Source: an uncultured candidatus Brocadiaceae bacterium
GTDB taxonomy: Bacteria > Planctomycetota > UBA1135 > UBA2386
Direction: 5' to 3'
Assembly (NCBI GenBank): GCA_964392555.1
Contig: CAYMRG010000002.1
Coordinates: 1-33,940 of the forward strand
DNA length: 33,940 bases
Shown: positions 8,264 through 16,955 of the stretch, piece after piece
How the letters are laid out: each line of letters begins with the position of its first letter
Position numbering within the stretch: the stretch's first letter is position 1
Made by a program: the position numbers and the translations under genes
The notes under the pieces: generated by a model
What the model was told of the DNA's origin: nothing
Databases searched by the model: none
The model's input: the letters and a program-made list of their open reading frames with translations, nothing else

Positions 8264-9004
8264 CTATCGCCCTTCGGGCCGCGCGTTCGAGAAGGCGACG
8301 ATCACCTTCGCCTGGTCCTCCCAGCCCTTGCCGCTCTGCGAGCCGGGCACCTCCTTCAGCACGCGCCATTCGCACGACACCATGTGGTCGCGGATCTCCG
8401 GGTTCTTCAGCACGACGCGGCGCAGCGTCTTCAGGCGCTCGATGCAGAGGTCGACCGAGGTCACCGCGCGGCCCATCTGGTTCTGACCGATCGTGACGTC
8501 GGGCATCTCGATGATCACACGGATGTCGGACGTGAACGTCAGCGAGGACACCAGCGTCTTGTCGAACCAGCCCTGCACGTCGCGCTTGATCGGGAACGGC
8601 TGCATCGGCTCGAAGAAATCCGAGAGCGGCGCCGTCAACGACACCGTGTCGTCGGTCTGCACGATCTCGAGCGAGCGGCCGGCGACCTCCTCGTACTCGG
8701 GCAGCACTTCCTTCAGGAACTCGCGCATCTCGCCGCTCTGGGCGGTGATCAGAGGCACCGCGACGGCGACGTCGCCACCGCCCTGCTGCTTGTCGAAGAT
8801 GCCGTCGTCCTTGGTCTTGCCCTCGCCGGCGATGTGGAAGGCGAACTGCACCGAGTCCTTGAGCTGCTTCAGCTTGGTCAGGTCCGCCTGCCCGAGCGCG
8901 TACAACACCACGAACAGCGCGAACAGCAGCGTCATCATGTCCGCGAAGGACACGAGCCAGCGCTCGTGGTTGACGTGCTCTTCGTGCTTGTGCTTCTTCG
9001 CCAT
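8264..9004 (-). CDS. motB: MotB-type stator subunit with a divergent OmpA-like periplasmic domain
   Basis: The N-terminal HERWLVSFADMMTLLFALFVVLYAL is the MotB TM/plug signature including the channel Asp. A GAGG SD lies 8 nt upstream. The C-terminal domain follows the OmpA-like pattern, but the motifs read IIEMPD and SVDLCIERL. Confidence 0.8.
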   Translation of the reverse strand: MAKKHKHEEHVNHERWLVSFADMMTLLFALFVVLYALGQADLTKLKQLKDSVQFAFHIAGEGKTKDDGIFDKQQGGGDVAVAVPLITAQSGEMREFLKEVLPEYEEVAGRSLEIVQTDDTVSLTAPLSDFFEPMQPFPIKRDVQGWFDKTLVSSLTFTSDIRVIIEMPDVTIGQNQMGRAVTSVDLCIERLKTLRRVVLKNPEIRDHMVSCEWRVLKEVPGSQSGKGWEDQAKVIVAFSNARPEGR

Positions 9005-9028
9005 TGGCCCGCCTCGGATGCGTCGCGA

Positions 9029-9802
9029 TCAGTGCTTCTTGTCGCCGCCACCGCCGTGGCTGCCGAGGTAGACCTTGAGGCGGCTGCGCAACGCGCCCGG
9101 CGCGACGCCGGACTGGATGCCGACCACGCCCTCCAGCACCATGCTCTTCAGCAGCTGGTCGTGCTCGATGTGGCGCTTCAGCTTGAACGACATCGGCAGG
9201 CAGACGATGTTCGCGAAACCGACGCCGTAGACCGTCGCGACGAACGCGACGGCGATGCCGGGGCCGATCAGCTTCGGCTGGTCGAGCACGCTCATCACGT
9301 GCATCAGGCCGAGCACCGCGCCGAGCACGCCGACGGTCGGCGCGAGCGCGCCCCAGCTCTCCCAGAACTTCATGCCGGCCTTGTCGTCCTCTTCCTGGAT
9401 GTGCATGTCGACCTCGACGGTCTCGCGGATCGCCTCCGCGGAGCTGCCGTCGATCGCGAGCGTCAGGCACTTGACGAGGAACGGATCGCCCTGGCCGCTG
9501 TTGGCGTAGGTCTCCAGCGCGAGCAGGCCCTCGCGGCGCGCGAGGTTCGCCAGCTCGATGACCTTCTCCATCAGGCCGTGGAAGTCGTACTTCGCCGGCA
9601 GGAAGATCCGCTTCAGCGACTTGATCGCGAACGGCACGTCCGACGGCAGCGTCGCCACCAGCGTGGCGCCGAGCGAGCCGACGATGACGATCATGAACGC
9701 CGTGACCTGCAGCAGGGCGGCGGGATGCCCGCCCTCCATGATCATGCCGCCGAGCACGCCAGTGAAAGCGAGCACGAGGCCGATGAGGCTGAAGATGTCC
9801 AT
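9029..9802 (-). CDS. motA: MotA/PomA-type stator subunit
   Basis: An internal ATG (9802) of ORF 9029..9955 gives 257 aa: MDIFSLIGLVLAFTGVLGGMIMEGG... with PTVGVLGAVLGLMHVM and GIAVAFVATVYGVGFANIVCLPMSFKL, typical of MotA TM3/TM4. Confidence 0.85.
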   Translation of the reverse strand: MDIFSLIGLVLAFTGVLGGMIMEGGHPAALLQVTAFMIVIVGSLGATLVATLPSDVPFAIKSLKRIFLPAKYDFHGLMEKVIELANLARREGLLALETYANSGQGDPFLVKCLTLAIDGSSAEAIRETVEVDMHIQEEDDKAGMKFWESWGALAPTVGVLGAVLGLMHVMSVLDQPKLIGPGIAVAFVATVYGVGFANIVCLPMSFKLKRHIEHDQLLKSMVLEGVVGIQSGVAPGALRSRLKVYLGSHGGGGDKKH

Positions 9803-9926
9803 TGCCGCGGTCTTCCCTGTCGCGATGCCGGTCGGAGATGCGCCACCCGGATGATGGTCGGAATCCGGTCCCGCTTGAGCGAGGCGACGGGAAACGCGCC
9901 AGGAATTCGTCGACTGTCGGCTTTCG

Positions 9927-10982
9927 CTACGACTCGCCGGCGACCACGCGCGCATCGGCCGCCATCACGCCGCCGCGCCGACCGCGCAGCGTCCGCCACA
10001 GCAGGCGGCAGCTTTCGCCGACGAACCAGCGCTGCCGCCACCAGATCCCCCACCAGCCGGCCCGCCGCAGCGGCCGCAAGCGGCGACGTTCGGCGAGGAT
10101 CGCCGGCAGCTCGCCCAGCGCCCGCCAGCGACCGCGGACGACCGCCCCGGCGATCGCCCGGCGGCCGGCCAGCGGCAGCAGCAGCACGACTGCCAGGTTC
10201 GACAGCACGAACCACGGCGCATTCAGCAGCACGACCGGCCACGGCAGGTTGACGAGCCACGCCCAGGTGGCGTTGCGCACCGAGCGGACGTTGAACGCGG
10301 CATCGCGGACGCGCCGGATCGTCGCGTTGAGGTGGTGGCGGACCTCGGCCCCCGGCGCGTAGCGGATCCGCCAGCCGGTGGCGACCGCGCGCAGCGACAG
10401 GTCGACGTCCTCGAAGTTGGCGAAGAAGTCGCCGCGGAACGTGCCGATCGCGCGCAGCATCGCACAGCGCAGCAGCATCGCCCCGCCGCACGCGGCCAGC
10501 AGGTCGCCGCCGTCGCCCCACCGCTCGGCCCGCTGCAGCCGCCCGCGCGGCACCACCTCGCCGTTGCCGAGCAGCCAGACGCCGGCGTTGTCGAGCAGCG
10601 CGGGCTCGGCGAACAGGCGCATGCGGCTCGCGACGATGCCGACGTGCGGTTCCGCGGCGGCGGCGAGCAGCGCCTCGAGCCAGCGCGGGTCGGCGACCGC
10701 GTCGTTGTTGAGCAGCGCGACGAACTCGCACGCGCCCTCGGCGAGCACGACGTCGAATGCGGCGTTGCAGCCGCCGGTGAAACCGAGGTTCTGCGGCAGC
10801 GCGTGCAGCCGGATCGCCGCGCCGAACTCCGCGCGCAGCGCCGCGGCCTCCTGGTTCGCCGAGCCGTTGTCGACGACGTGCAGCTCGACGTCGCGATGGG
10901 TCTGCGCGAGCAGCGAACGCACGCATTCGCGCGTCATCGCCAGACCGTTCCAGTTGAGGACGACGACCGCGATGCGCGCCAT
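9927..10982 (-). CDS. glycosyltransferase family 2 with a C-terminal membrane region
   Basis: An internal ATG at 10982 gives MARIAVVVLNWNGLAMTRECVRSLLAQT...VVDNGS...NLGFTGGCN. Its start overlaps the upstream gene's TGA by 1 nt (TGATG). Confidence 0.85.
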   Translation of the reverse strand: MARIAVVVLNWNGLAMTRECVRSLLAQTHRDVELHVVDNGSANQEAAALRAEFGAAIRLHALPQNLGFTGGCNAAFDVVLAEGACEFVALLNNDAVADPRWLEALLAAAAEPHVGIVASRMRLFAEPALLDNAGVWLLGNGEVVPRGRLQRAERWGDGGDLLAACGGAMLLRCAMLRAIGTFRGDFFANFEDVDLSLRAVATGWRIRYAPGAEVRHHLNATIRRVRDAAFNVRSVRNATWAWLVNLPWPVVLLNAPWFVLSNLAVVLLLPLAGRRAIAGAVVRGRWRALGELPAILAERRRLRPLRRAGWWGIWWRQRWFVGESCRLLWRTLRGRRGGVMAADARVVAGES

Positions 10983-12025
10983 CACGCCCCCCCGTCGGCG
11001 CCGATGCCGAAACGCACCGCACAGCGGCGACCGAGCGCGAGCGCGGCGCGGCCGGGCGGGCCGAGCCGCCACAGGGCGCGGAACGTGCGGACGTAGCCGT
11101 CGTGCCACAGTTCGGGCGCGCGATCGCGGACGAAGGCGAGCTTGTCGGCGACCGCGGCGCGGTCGCCGCGTTGCAGGTCGGCGAGCGCCTCGTGCAACAG
11201 GTTGTTGCGCAGCGCCGGGCTCGCCCGCCGACCGGGCCGCAACAGCCCGGCCGCCGCGCCCGTCGCCGCGGCCTCGCCCAGCACGGCGAGTTCCTCGGCG
11301 AACCGCGAGCGATCGGCGGTCGCACCGCGGCTCGCGGCGTCGTCGTGGCGGCGATAGTGCAGCAGCAGGTCCGGCACGTCGACGATGCCCCAGCCGGCGC
11401 GCAGCATGCGGAACCAGTACTGCCAGTCGAGCGCGAAGCGCAGATCGGTTGCAAACGGCCCGACCGCGGCCAGGGCCTCACGCCGGTACGTCACCGCCGG
11501 GCAGCAGACGAAGTTGCCGCGCCACAACCGCTGGTAGTGCGCCGCGCGATCGCGCCCCGGCGCGTGGCTCCAGAAGTGCTCCTTGAACCGCTCGGCCGGC
11601 GAGGCGATCGGCGCGCCGGCCGCGTCGATGGCGCCGGCCCGGCAGTGGGCCATGCCGGCGTCCGGCCGCGCCTCGAGCGCCGCGACCAGGCGCGCCAGGT
11701 AGTCGGGCGCGTAGACGTCGTCCTGGTGCGCGATGCAGACGAACGGCGTCGCGCTCAGCTCGACGCAGCGGTTCCAGTTGCCGCCGATGCCGCGCGCCGG
11801 CTCGTTGCGGTGGATGGCGAGCCGTTCGCCGGCCACGCGTCGCGCGCGTTCGACCGAACCGTCGCGCGACGCGTCGTCGACCAGCAGCAGCGCGAAGTCC
11901 TGGCGCGTCTGCGCGAGCAGCGACTCGAGCAGCGGCTCGAGGAACGGCCCGGCGTCGCGGCACGGGATCGCAAAGGTGACGACCGGGGCGACCACGGACC
12001 GAGCAGAGCCGCGGGCCGGGACCAC
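10982..12025 (-). CDS. glycosyltransferase family 2
   Basis: VVTFAIPCRDAGPFLEPLLESLLAQT...LLLVDDASRDGS...HQDD (DxD-type). The GTG at 12025 is the furthest start, and shorter GTG starts are possible. It lies 39 nt downstream of the protease stop. Confidence 0.85.
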   Translation of the reverse strand: MVPARGSARSVVAPVVTFAIPCRDAGPFLEPLLESLLAQTRQDFALLLVDDASRDGSVERARRVAGERLAIHRNEPARGIGGNWNRCVELSATPFVCIAHQDDVYAPDYLARLVAALEARPDAGMAHCRAGAIDAAGAPIASPAERFKEHFWSHAPGRDRAAHYQRLWRGNFVCCPAVTYRREALAAVGPFATDLRFALDWQYWFRMLRAGWGIVDVPDLLLHYRRHDDAASRGATADRSRFAEELAVLGEAAATGAAAGLLRPGRRASPALRNNLLHEALADLQRGDRAAVADKLAFVRDRAPELWHDGYVRTFRALWRLGPPGRAALALGRRCAVRFGIGADGGA

Positions 12026-12064
12026 GTCAAGCGAGGCCCCGGCGCCGCGGCACCGCGACCCGCG

Positions 12065-15000
12065 TCAGCTGCCGATCTGCAGGCGCAGGCCGTTCGACGT
12101 CAGGAAGCCGAACGGGTTGGCGCCCGGCGTCAGCGTCGCGGTCTGGCTCATCACGACCACGCCGATCAGCGCCACGTTGTTCGGCACGCTGAACGGCCGC
12201 GAGCCGGTGCCGCCGGCGATCGCGATCGTGTCCATCACGTCGAGCGACTCGTAGAGCGTGCAGGTCGGCATGCCGAGGAACGCGAGATCGAGCCCCGGCG
12301 TCAGCGGCGTCGTCGACAGGATCGACAGACCGAGCAGCGTGCCGGCCGGCGCGTGGGTCGTCACGAGGCTCACCGTCGAGCCGATGTGCGGCAGACCGGC
12401 GGAGCTCAGCGTCACGTTCGGCACCGGCGGCACCGGCGTGCCGCAGACCCCGAGGCCGGCGCCGAGGCTGGTGGCGATGACGGTGCTGCCCGGATCGCTC
12501 GCGTTCGCCTTCGAGAAGCCGACCAGGTAGTTGCCGCTCACCGAGATGGTCTGGTAGAGGAAGTGCACGTCCCCGTTGGCCCAGAACTGCACCTGGAAGG
12601 TGTTCGGCGACGTCGCGGCACCGTAGTTGGGCACCGCGTTCCACGTGAACACCGCGCGGCTCGCCGTGCTGTCGAACGTCACGCTGCCACCCAGCGCCGG
12701 GTTGAGGTCGCGCCACAGCGCGCACCACATCGCGTTGGTCAGGAAGGTCGCGACCACCGGCGTGTAGTTCGCACCGCCCGTGTAGGCACCGGTCGTGAAC
12801 CAGCCGTTGCTGCACAGCAGCAGCGAGTTGGTCGTGCCGCCCGGGTACGGCAGCGAGAACGCCAGCGCCTGCGCGGCCTGCGTGTCGTCGCCGAGGGCCA
12901 GCGTCGTGCCGGCCGGCGCGATCCAGGTGCCGACGCCCGGCGTCAGCTGGTAGTTGCCGCCGCTGAAGAGCAGCGAGAACGACGTGTTGGCGAGGCTGAA
13001 CGACGGGAACTCGTAGATGCCTTCGGCGCAGCCCGGCGAACCGCCGCAGCCGGAGCCGACCGGGGAAGCCGAAGCGGCGATGCCGCCGGTGCCCTGCTGG
13101 CCGGTGCCGCCGGAGACCACGAGACCGTAGTCGGCGTCGACCTGCGGCGTCTCGACGTGGTTGTCCTGGGCGATCGACGTCGCGAGGACGTCGACGGTCC
13201 ACACACCCGCCTGCGGGTTCTGCACGAACACGCATTCGAGCGAGTTGATCGTGTCCTCGCTGCCGCCCGCCGTCGACCACATGCCGTTGGTGATGCCGTT
13301 GTTGCCGTAGTAGATCGTGCCGTTCGGCGCGGTCACGATCAGCGACAGGTTGTTGATCAGCGTCTGCGCGGCGCTCGGCACGGCGGCCGGCTCGGCCCAG
13401 TTGAGGCAGATCTTCAGATCCGGCTCACCGGCGGCGACGGTGATGTTGTGGCGGTCGTAGCTGCCTTCGGTCAGCACCGAGGTCTCGTCGACGATGTACG
13501 TCTTGGCCCGGTAGTCGTACATCCGGCGCAGGCTCGGGAAGCCGAAGCCCTGGTGTTCGCGCCGGTTGTCGGTGCTGCCCGCGTTGAAGGTGTACTGCGT
13601 CGCGCTGACGATCTCGAGCGCTTTGAGGGTCGGGAAGTGTGGCCGGTTCTGGAAGCGCGTGCCGCCCGGAACGCGCATCGGGTTGCCGAGCAGACCGACG
13701 CCCGACGTCACCTCCTGCGTGAACATCTGGATCGCGAGCACGTTGTGCCCGGCGACGATCGGCGTGGCGCCCGAGGTGCCGCCGAAGCTCGCATACCAGT
13801 TGGCCGACGAGTAGCCGGCCGCGCCGGTCAGGTCCGACGTGCCGATCGCGTCGTAGTAGGCGCACAGCTCGGGCTTCATGCGACCGTCGGCTGCCGGGCC
13901 GATGCTCGCGCCGCCCGCCGCCCACGAGTCGTTGGCGGGGTTGCTGTCGTTGAAGTGCTCGACCGCGCCGATCGAGAACACGTTCTTCGCCCAGGCCTGC
14001 GGCCGCGACGCCTGCGTGCCGGTGTTGCTCTGGCTGTTCGTCCAGGCGATGCCGTGGTCGAAGCAGATGTCGTCGGCGTCGGCCGAGACCGACGTGTACG
14101 CCGTCGTCTGCGCATCACCCCACGACGCCGTCGTGTGCACGATCTGGTGGATGTTGACCAGGTCGCTGACGACCTGCCACCGCGATGCCGTGACCGAGCT
14201 GTACTGGGTGAAGAACTTGTTGCAGTCGGGCGCCATGCCGCGCACCGCGGGGTTGCTGGTGCCGTTGCCGAACACGCAGCCGGCCGTGCAATGGCCGTGG
14301 GTGTCCGAGCCGCCACCGCTGTCGACGTTCGTCGCACCGCCGGTGAAGTCCTGGTGCGTCGCCTCGATGCCCTCGTAGATGTGGACGTTGAGGCCGGCGC
14401 CGGTGAAGCCGCCCTGCGTCTCGATGTAGTTCGCACCGCCCTGGATGCGGGCGTTGTCCATGTCCTCGCCGGTCGGCGTCCAGCGATCGACCCAGACGAC
14501 CTCGTCGAAGCCCGCGACGGCCAGCAGCTGCGGACCGGTCAGCGTGACGTCGAGCAACAGGCTGCCCTTCTGCTCGTCGTCGACGCGGCCGCCGATCGCC
14601 TTGACCTTCGCCATCAGCGCCGGCTTGTCGGTGTGCTTGTTGGCGACGACCAGGTGGTAGCGGACGGGTTCGGCCTGCAGCCAGGCCTGCGCGTCCAACA
14701 GCGCCGGCTCGAGCCGGTAGGCCGGGTGGTAGCTGCCGACCCAGCGAACCGCCGACGAAGTGCGCACGGCTTCGGCCGCGGCCACCGACATGCGGGCGAT
14801 GAAGGCGCGCTCCGGCAGGTTGCCGAGGATCTCACCACCGGCCGCGGTGATCGCATCACGGCCGAGCTGCGTCGGCACACCGCGCAACTGGACGATCCAG
14901 AGGCCGCTCGCGTTGAGGCTGCGCAGGATCGGCGTCACTTCGGGTTCGGCGACGAGCGGATCGAAGGTCCCGTATTGCAGTTTGATCAGGGACGCGTCCG

Positions 15001-15088
15001 CCCGCGGAGTCGGGGCGGGTGCCTGGGCGTAGACGGCCGCGGATACAGCGCAACCGAGCAGGGCGCCGAGAGAGCGGGGGCTGAGCAT
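12065..15088 (-). CDS. secreted subtilisin-like (S8) peptidase: propeptide, catalytic domain, P-domain-like beta sandwich, C-terminal surface module
   Basis: An internal ATG at 15088 (GAGGA SD) gives 1007 aa with signal peptide MLSPRSLGALLGCAVSAAVYA. Motifs DTHGHCTAG (His), NSQSNTG (Asn) and FGGTSGATPIVAG (Ser) are present. The P-domain-like stretch reads LNWAEP...INNLSLIVTAPNG...GVWTVDV...YGLVVSG. The upstream 222 codons of ORF 12065..15754 are rejected as non-coding. Confidence 0.85.
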   Translation of the reverse strand: MLSPRSLGALLGCAVSAAVYAQAPAPTPRADASLIKLQYGTFDPLVAEPEVTPILRSLNASGLWIVQLRGVPTQLGRDAITAAGGEILGNLPERAFIARMSVAAAEAVRTSSAVRWVGSYHPAYRLEPALLDAQAWLQAEPVRYHLVVANKHTDKPALMAKVKAIGGRVDDEQKGSLLLDVTLTGPQLLAVAGFDEVVWVDRWTPTGEDMDNARIQGGANYIETQGGFTGAGLNVHIYEGIEATHQDFTGGATNVDSGGGSDTHGHCTAGCVFGNGTSNPAVRGMAPDCNKFFTQYSSVTASRWQVVSDLVNIHQIVHTTASWGDAQTTAYTSVSADADDICFDHGIAWTNSQSNTGTQASRPQAWAKNVFSIGAVEHFNDSNPANDSWAAGGASIGPAADGRMKPELCAYYDAIGTSDLTGAAGYSSANWYASFGGTSGATPIVAGHNVLAIQMFTQEVTSGVGLLGNPMRVPGGTRFQNRPHFPTLKALEIVSATQYTFNAGSTDNRREHQGFGFPSLRRMYDYRAKTYIVDETSVLTEGSYDRHNITVAAGEPDLKICLNWAEPAAVPSAAQTLINNLSLIVTAPNGTIYYGNNGITNGMWSTAGGSEDTINSLECVFVQNPQAGVWTVDVLATSIAQDNHVETPQVDADYGLVVSGGTGQQGTGGIAASASPVGSGCGGSPGCAEGIYEFPSFSLANTSFSLLFSGGNYQLTPGVGTWIAPAGTTLALGDDTQAAQALAFSLPYPGGTTNSLLLCSNGWFTTGAYTGGANYTPVVATFLTNAMWCALWRDLNPALGGSVTFDSTASRAVFTWNAVPNYGAATSPNTFQVQFWANGDVHFLYQTISVSGNYLVGFSKANASDPGSTVIATSLGAGLGVCGTPVPPVPNVTLSSAGLPHIGSTVSLVTTHAPAGTLLGLSILSTTPLTPGLDLAFLGMPTCTLYESLDVMDTIAIAGGTGSRPFSVPNNVALIGVVVMSQTATLTPGANPFGFLTSNGLRLQIGS

Positions 15089-15308
15089 GGGTTCCTCGTG
15101 GGGGAGGGATGGGTTGGAGACAGGTCGAGGGAGCGTAGCGAGGCTGCGAGGCTCGTTGGCGACGGCGCACCGCAAAGGCCGAGAATTTTGAAACCCTTCG
15201 CCAGCCTGCCGACGGGCCAGTGCCGACAGCCCGCACGTTTTCCATCGCCAGTCCCCCCTCCCGTTCTTCCCCCAGCGTGCGACACTCCAACCTCCGCCGA
15301 GGAACCGA

Positions 15309-16955
15309 ATGCGTGCCTTCCTACCGACTGCTTCCATCCTCACGCTGAGCGCCTGCGCGCTCGGCCAGATCCAGATCATCCACCCGAGCATGCTGCCCGG
15401 CGAAGAGATGATCCCGTGGCCCGCGGCCGTCGGCAGCGCGCCGACCAAGTTGCTGCCGATGGTCTGGCACAACCTCGACTTCGTCGCGGCCATCGGCTTG
15501 CACCTCGGCGAGGCCGGGCTGGTGCACGCCCCGGCCATCACCCACGCCATCGAGCCGTTGGCCCTTGGCTTCACGGCCGTCGACGGAATCGTGCTGGATG
15601 CCGGCGACGACCGACGCGACACACTGCTGGTCTCGGCGATGAGCGGCACGGAACTCCGCCTGGTCGGATCGGACGCGAACGGCGACACGGTCGTCGCGCC
15701 ACTGCCGCACACCGGCTGGTTGCGGGCCAACCTGATGTCCTCGTCGGCCGACACGACGGGTACGGAGATCCTGGCGCGGTCGCGTTCGAGTTACTCGCTG
15801 CTGCGCATGCGCTTCGACAACGCCTCGTCGACGTTCGCCGATTGGCCGACGCTCACCCTGCCGGAGCCGATCCTCGATCTCTGCCTGACCGATTACGATG
15901 GCGTCGGGGCGCTCGATACCGCCGTGCTGACGGCGACCTCGCTGACGGTCTACGACGCCATCGGCAACACCCTCGGCTCGATGCCGATCGCCGCGGGAAT
16001 CGAGGCCCTCGCCGTCGAACCCACGCCCGCGCCGGGTCAGTCGGGCGCCGTGACCGTGCTGCAACGCACGGCCTCCGGAACGCTGGAACTGGTGTACTTC
16101 GCCAACGGTGTCGCGGAGGTGCCCGCCGCCGTGTCGTTCGACACCTTCGGTTCCACCAACGTCCGCCTCGTCTCGGGCGACTTCAACGGCGACGGCTCGA
16201 CCGACCTCGCCCTGCAGAACGGCGGCAACAAGCTGCGCATCGTCGCCAACGGCACCGAGAACCCACACTACTTCTATGCCGACGAGATCCCGCTGATGAC
16301 CATCGGCAACCAGGGTGGCACGCAGGGCAACGCGAGCGTCGGCGACTACGACCTGGATGGCGTCGTCGACCTGCTGGTGCCGATCACGGCGTCCGGCGCG
16401 ACCTACCTGGTGCTCGAGACCGGACTGGTGCCGCAGCTGCAGCAACTCGCCCCGCCGCTCTACGGCTGCAACATCGACAAGTGCTGGCAGTACCTCGGCA
16501 ACCCCGACCGTCTCGACTGGCAGTTCGACGTCAGCCCCGGTCTCGCAGCGGAGTTTCCGTCGGCGAAGCTGACCCTCTACTGGGCCCACGACAGCGCGGG
16601 GCTCGGCACGACCTCCTTCGCCACCCCGGTCACCGCGACGGCCTTGAACACCGTCGACTTCACCTGCAGCACCTCGATCGCCGACTCCCTGATCGAGCGG
16701 CCGAACGCGTTCTTCGCCACGCTGCAGTTCTCGTACGGCGCGAAGAAGGGGCCGACGTTCCGGATCGCCGGCACGGCCGACCCGAACTACGACGCGACGG
16801 CCAACCCGCCGATGACCATGAACACCGGCTGGTACATCCCGCAGTACGGCACCGGCCCCGACCGCGAGCTGCGGCGCGAGGAGGGTCAGCCGCACGGTCG
16901 CAAGGTGATCGGTCTCGTCACCTATACGTCGAGCCTGCCGATCTGGATCCAGTAG
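15309..16955 (+). CDS. FG-GAP/VCBS repeat protein, probable lipoprotein
   Basis: ATG with a GAGGA SD. The N-terminus MRAFLPTASILTLSAC ends in a lipobox (L-S-A-C). Repeats GDFNGDGSTDLAL and GDYDLDGVVDLLV are FG-GAP Ca-binding-type motifs. Confidence 0.8.
   Translation: MRAFLPTASILTLSACALGQIQIIHPSMLPGEEMIPWPAAVGSAPTKLLPMVWHNLDFVAAIGLHLGEAGLVHAPAITHAIEPLALGFTAVDGIVLDAGDDRRDTLLVSAMSGTELRLVGSDANGDTVVAPLPHTGWLRANLMSSSADTTGTEILARSRSSYSLLRMRFDNASSTFADWPTLTLPEPILDLCLTDYDGVGALDTAVLTATSLTVYDAIGNTLGSMPIAAGIEALAVEPTPAPGQSGAVTVLQRTASGTLELVYFANGVAEVPAAVSFDTFGSTNVRLVSGDFNGDGSTDLALQNGGNKLRIVANGTENPHYFYADEIPLMTIGNQGGTQGNASVGDYDLDGVVDLLVPITASGATYLVLETGLVPQLQQLAPPLYGCNIDKCWQYLGNPDRLDWQFDVSPGLAAEFPSAKLTLYWAHDSAGLGTTSFATPVTATALNTVDFTCSTSIADSLIERPNAFFATLQFSYGAKKGPTFRIAGTADPNYDATANPPMTMNTGWYIPQYGTGPDRELRREEGQPHGRKVIGLVTYTSSLPIWIQ

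Noticed and set aside
8264-9802. Zorya-type (ZorA/ZorB) anti-phage reading of the MotA/MotB pair
   Set aside because: The MotA homologue is only 257 aa and lacks the long C-terminal tail characteristic of ZorA. No ZorC/D-like (or ZorE) genes are adjacent.
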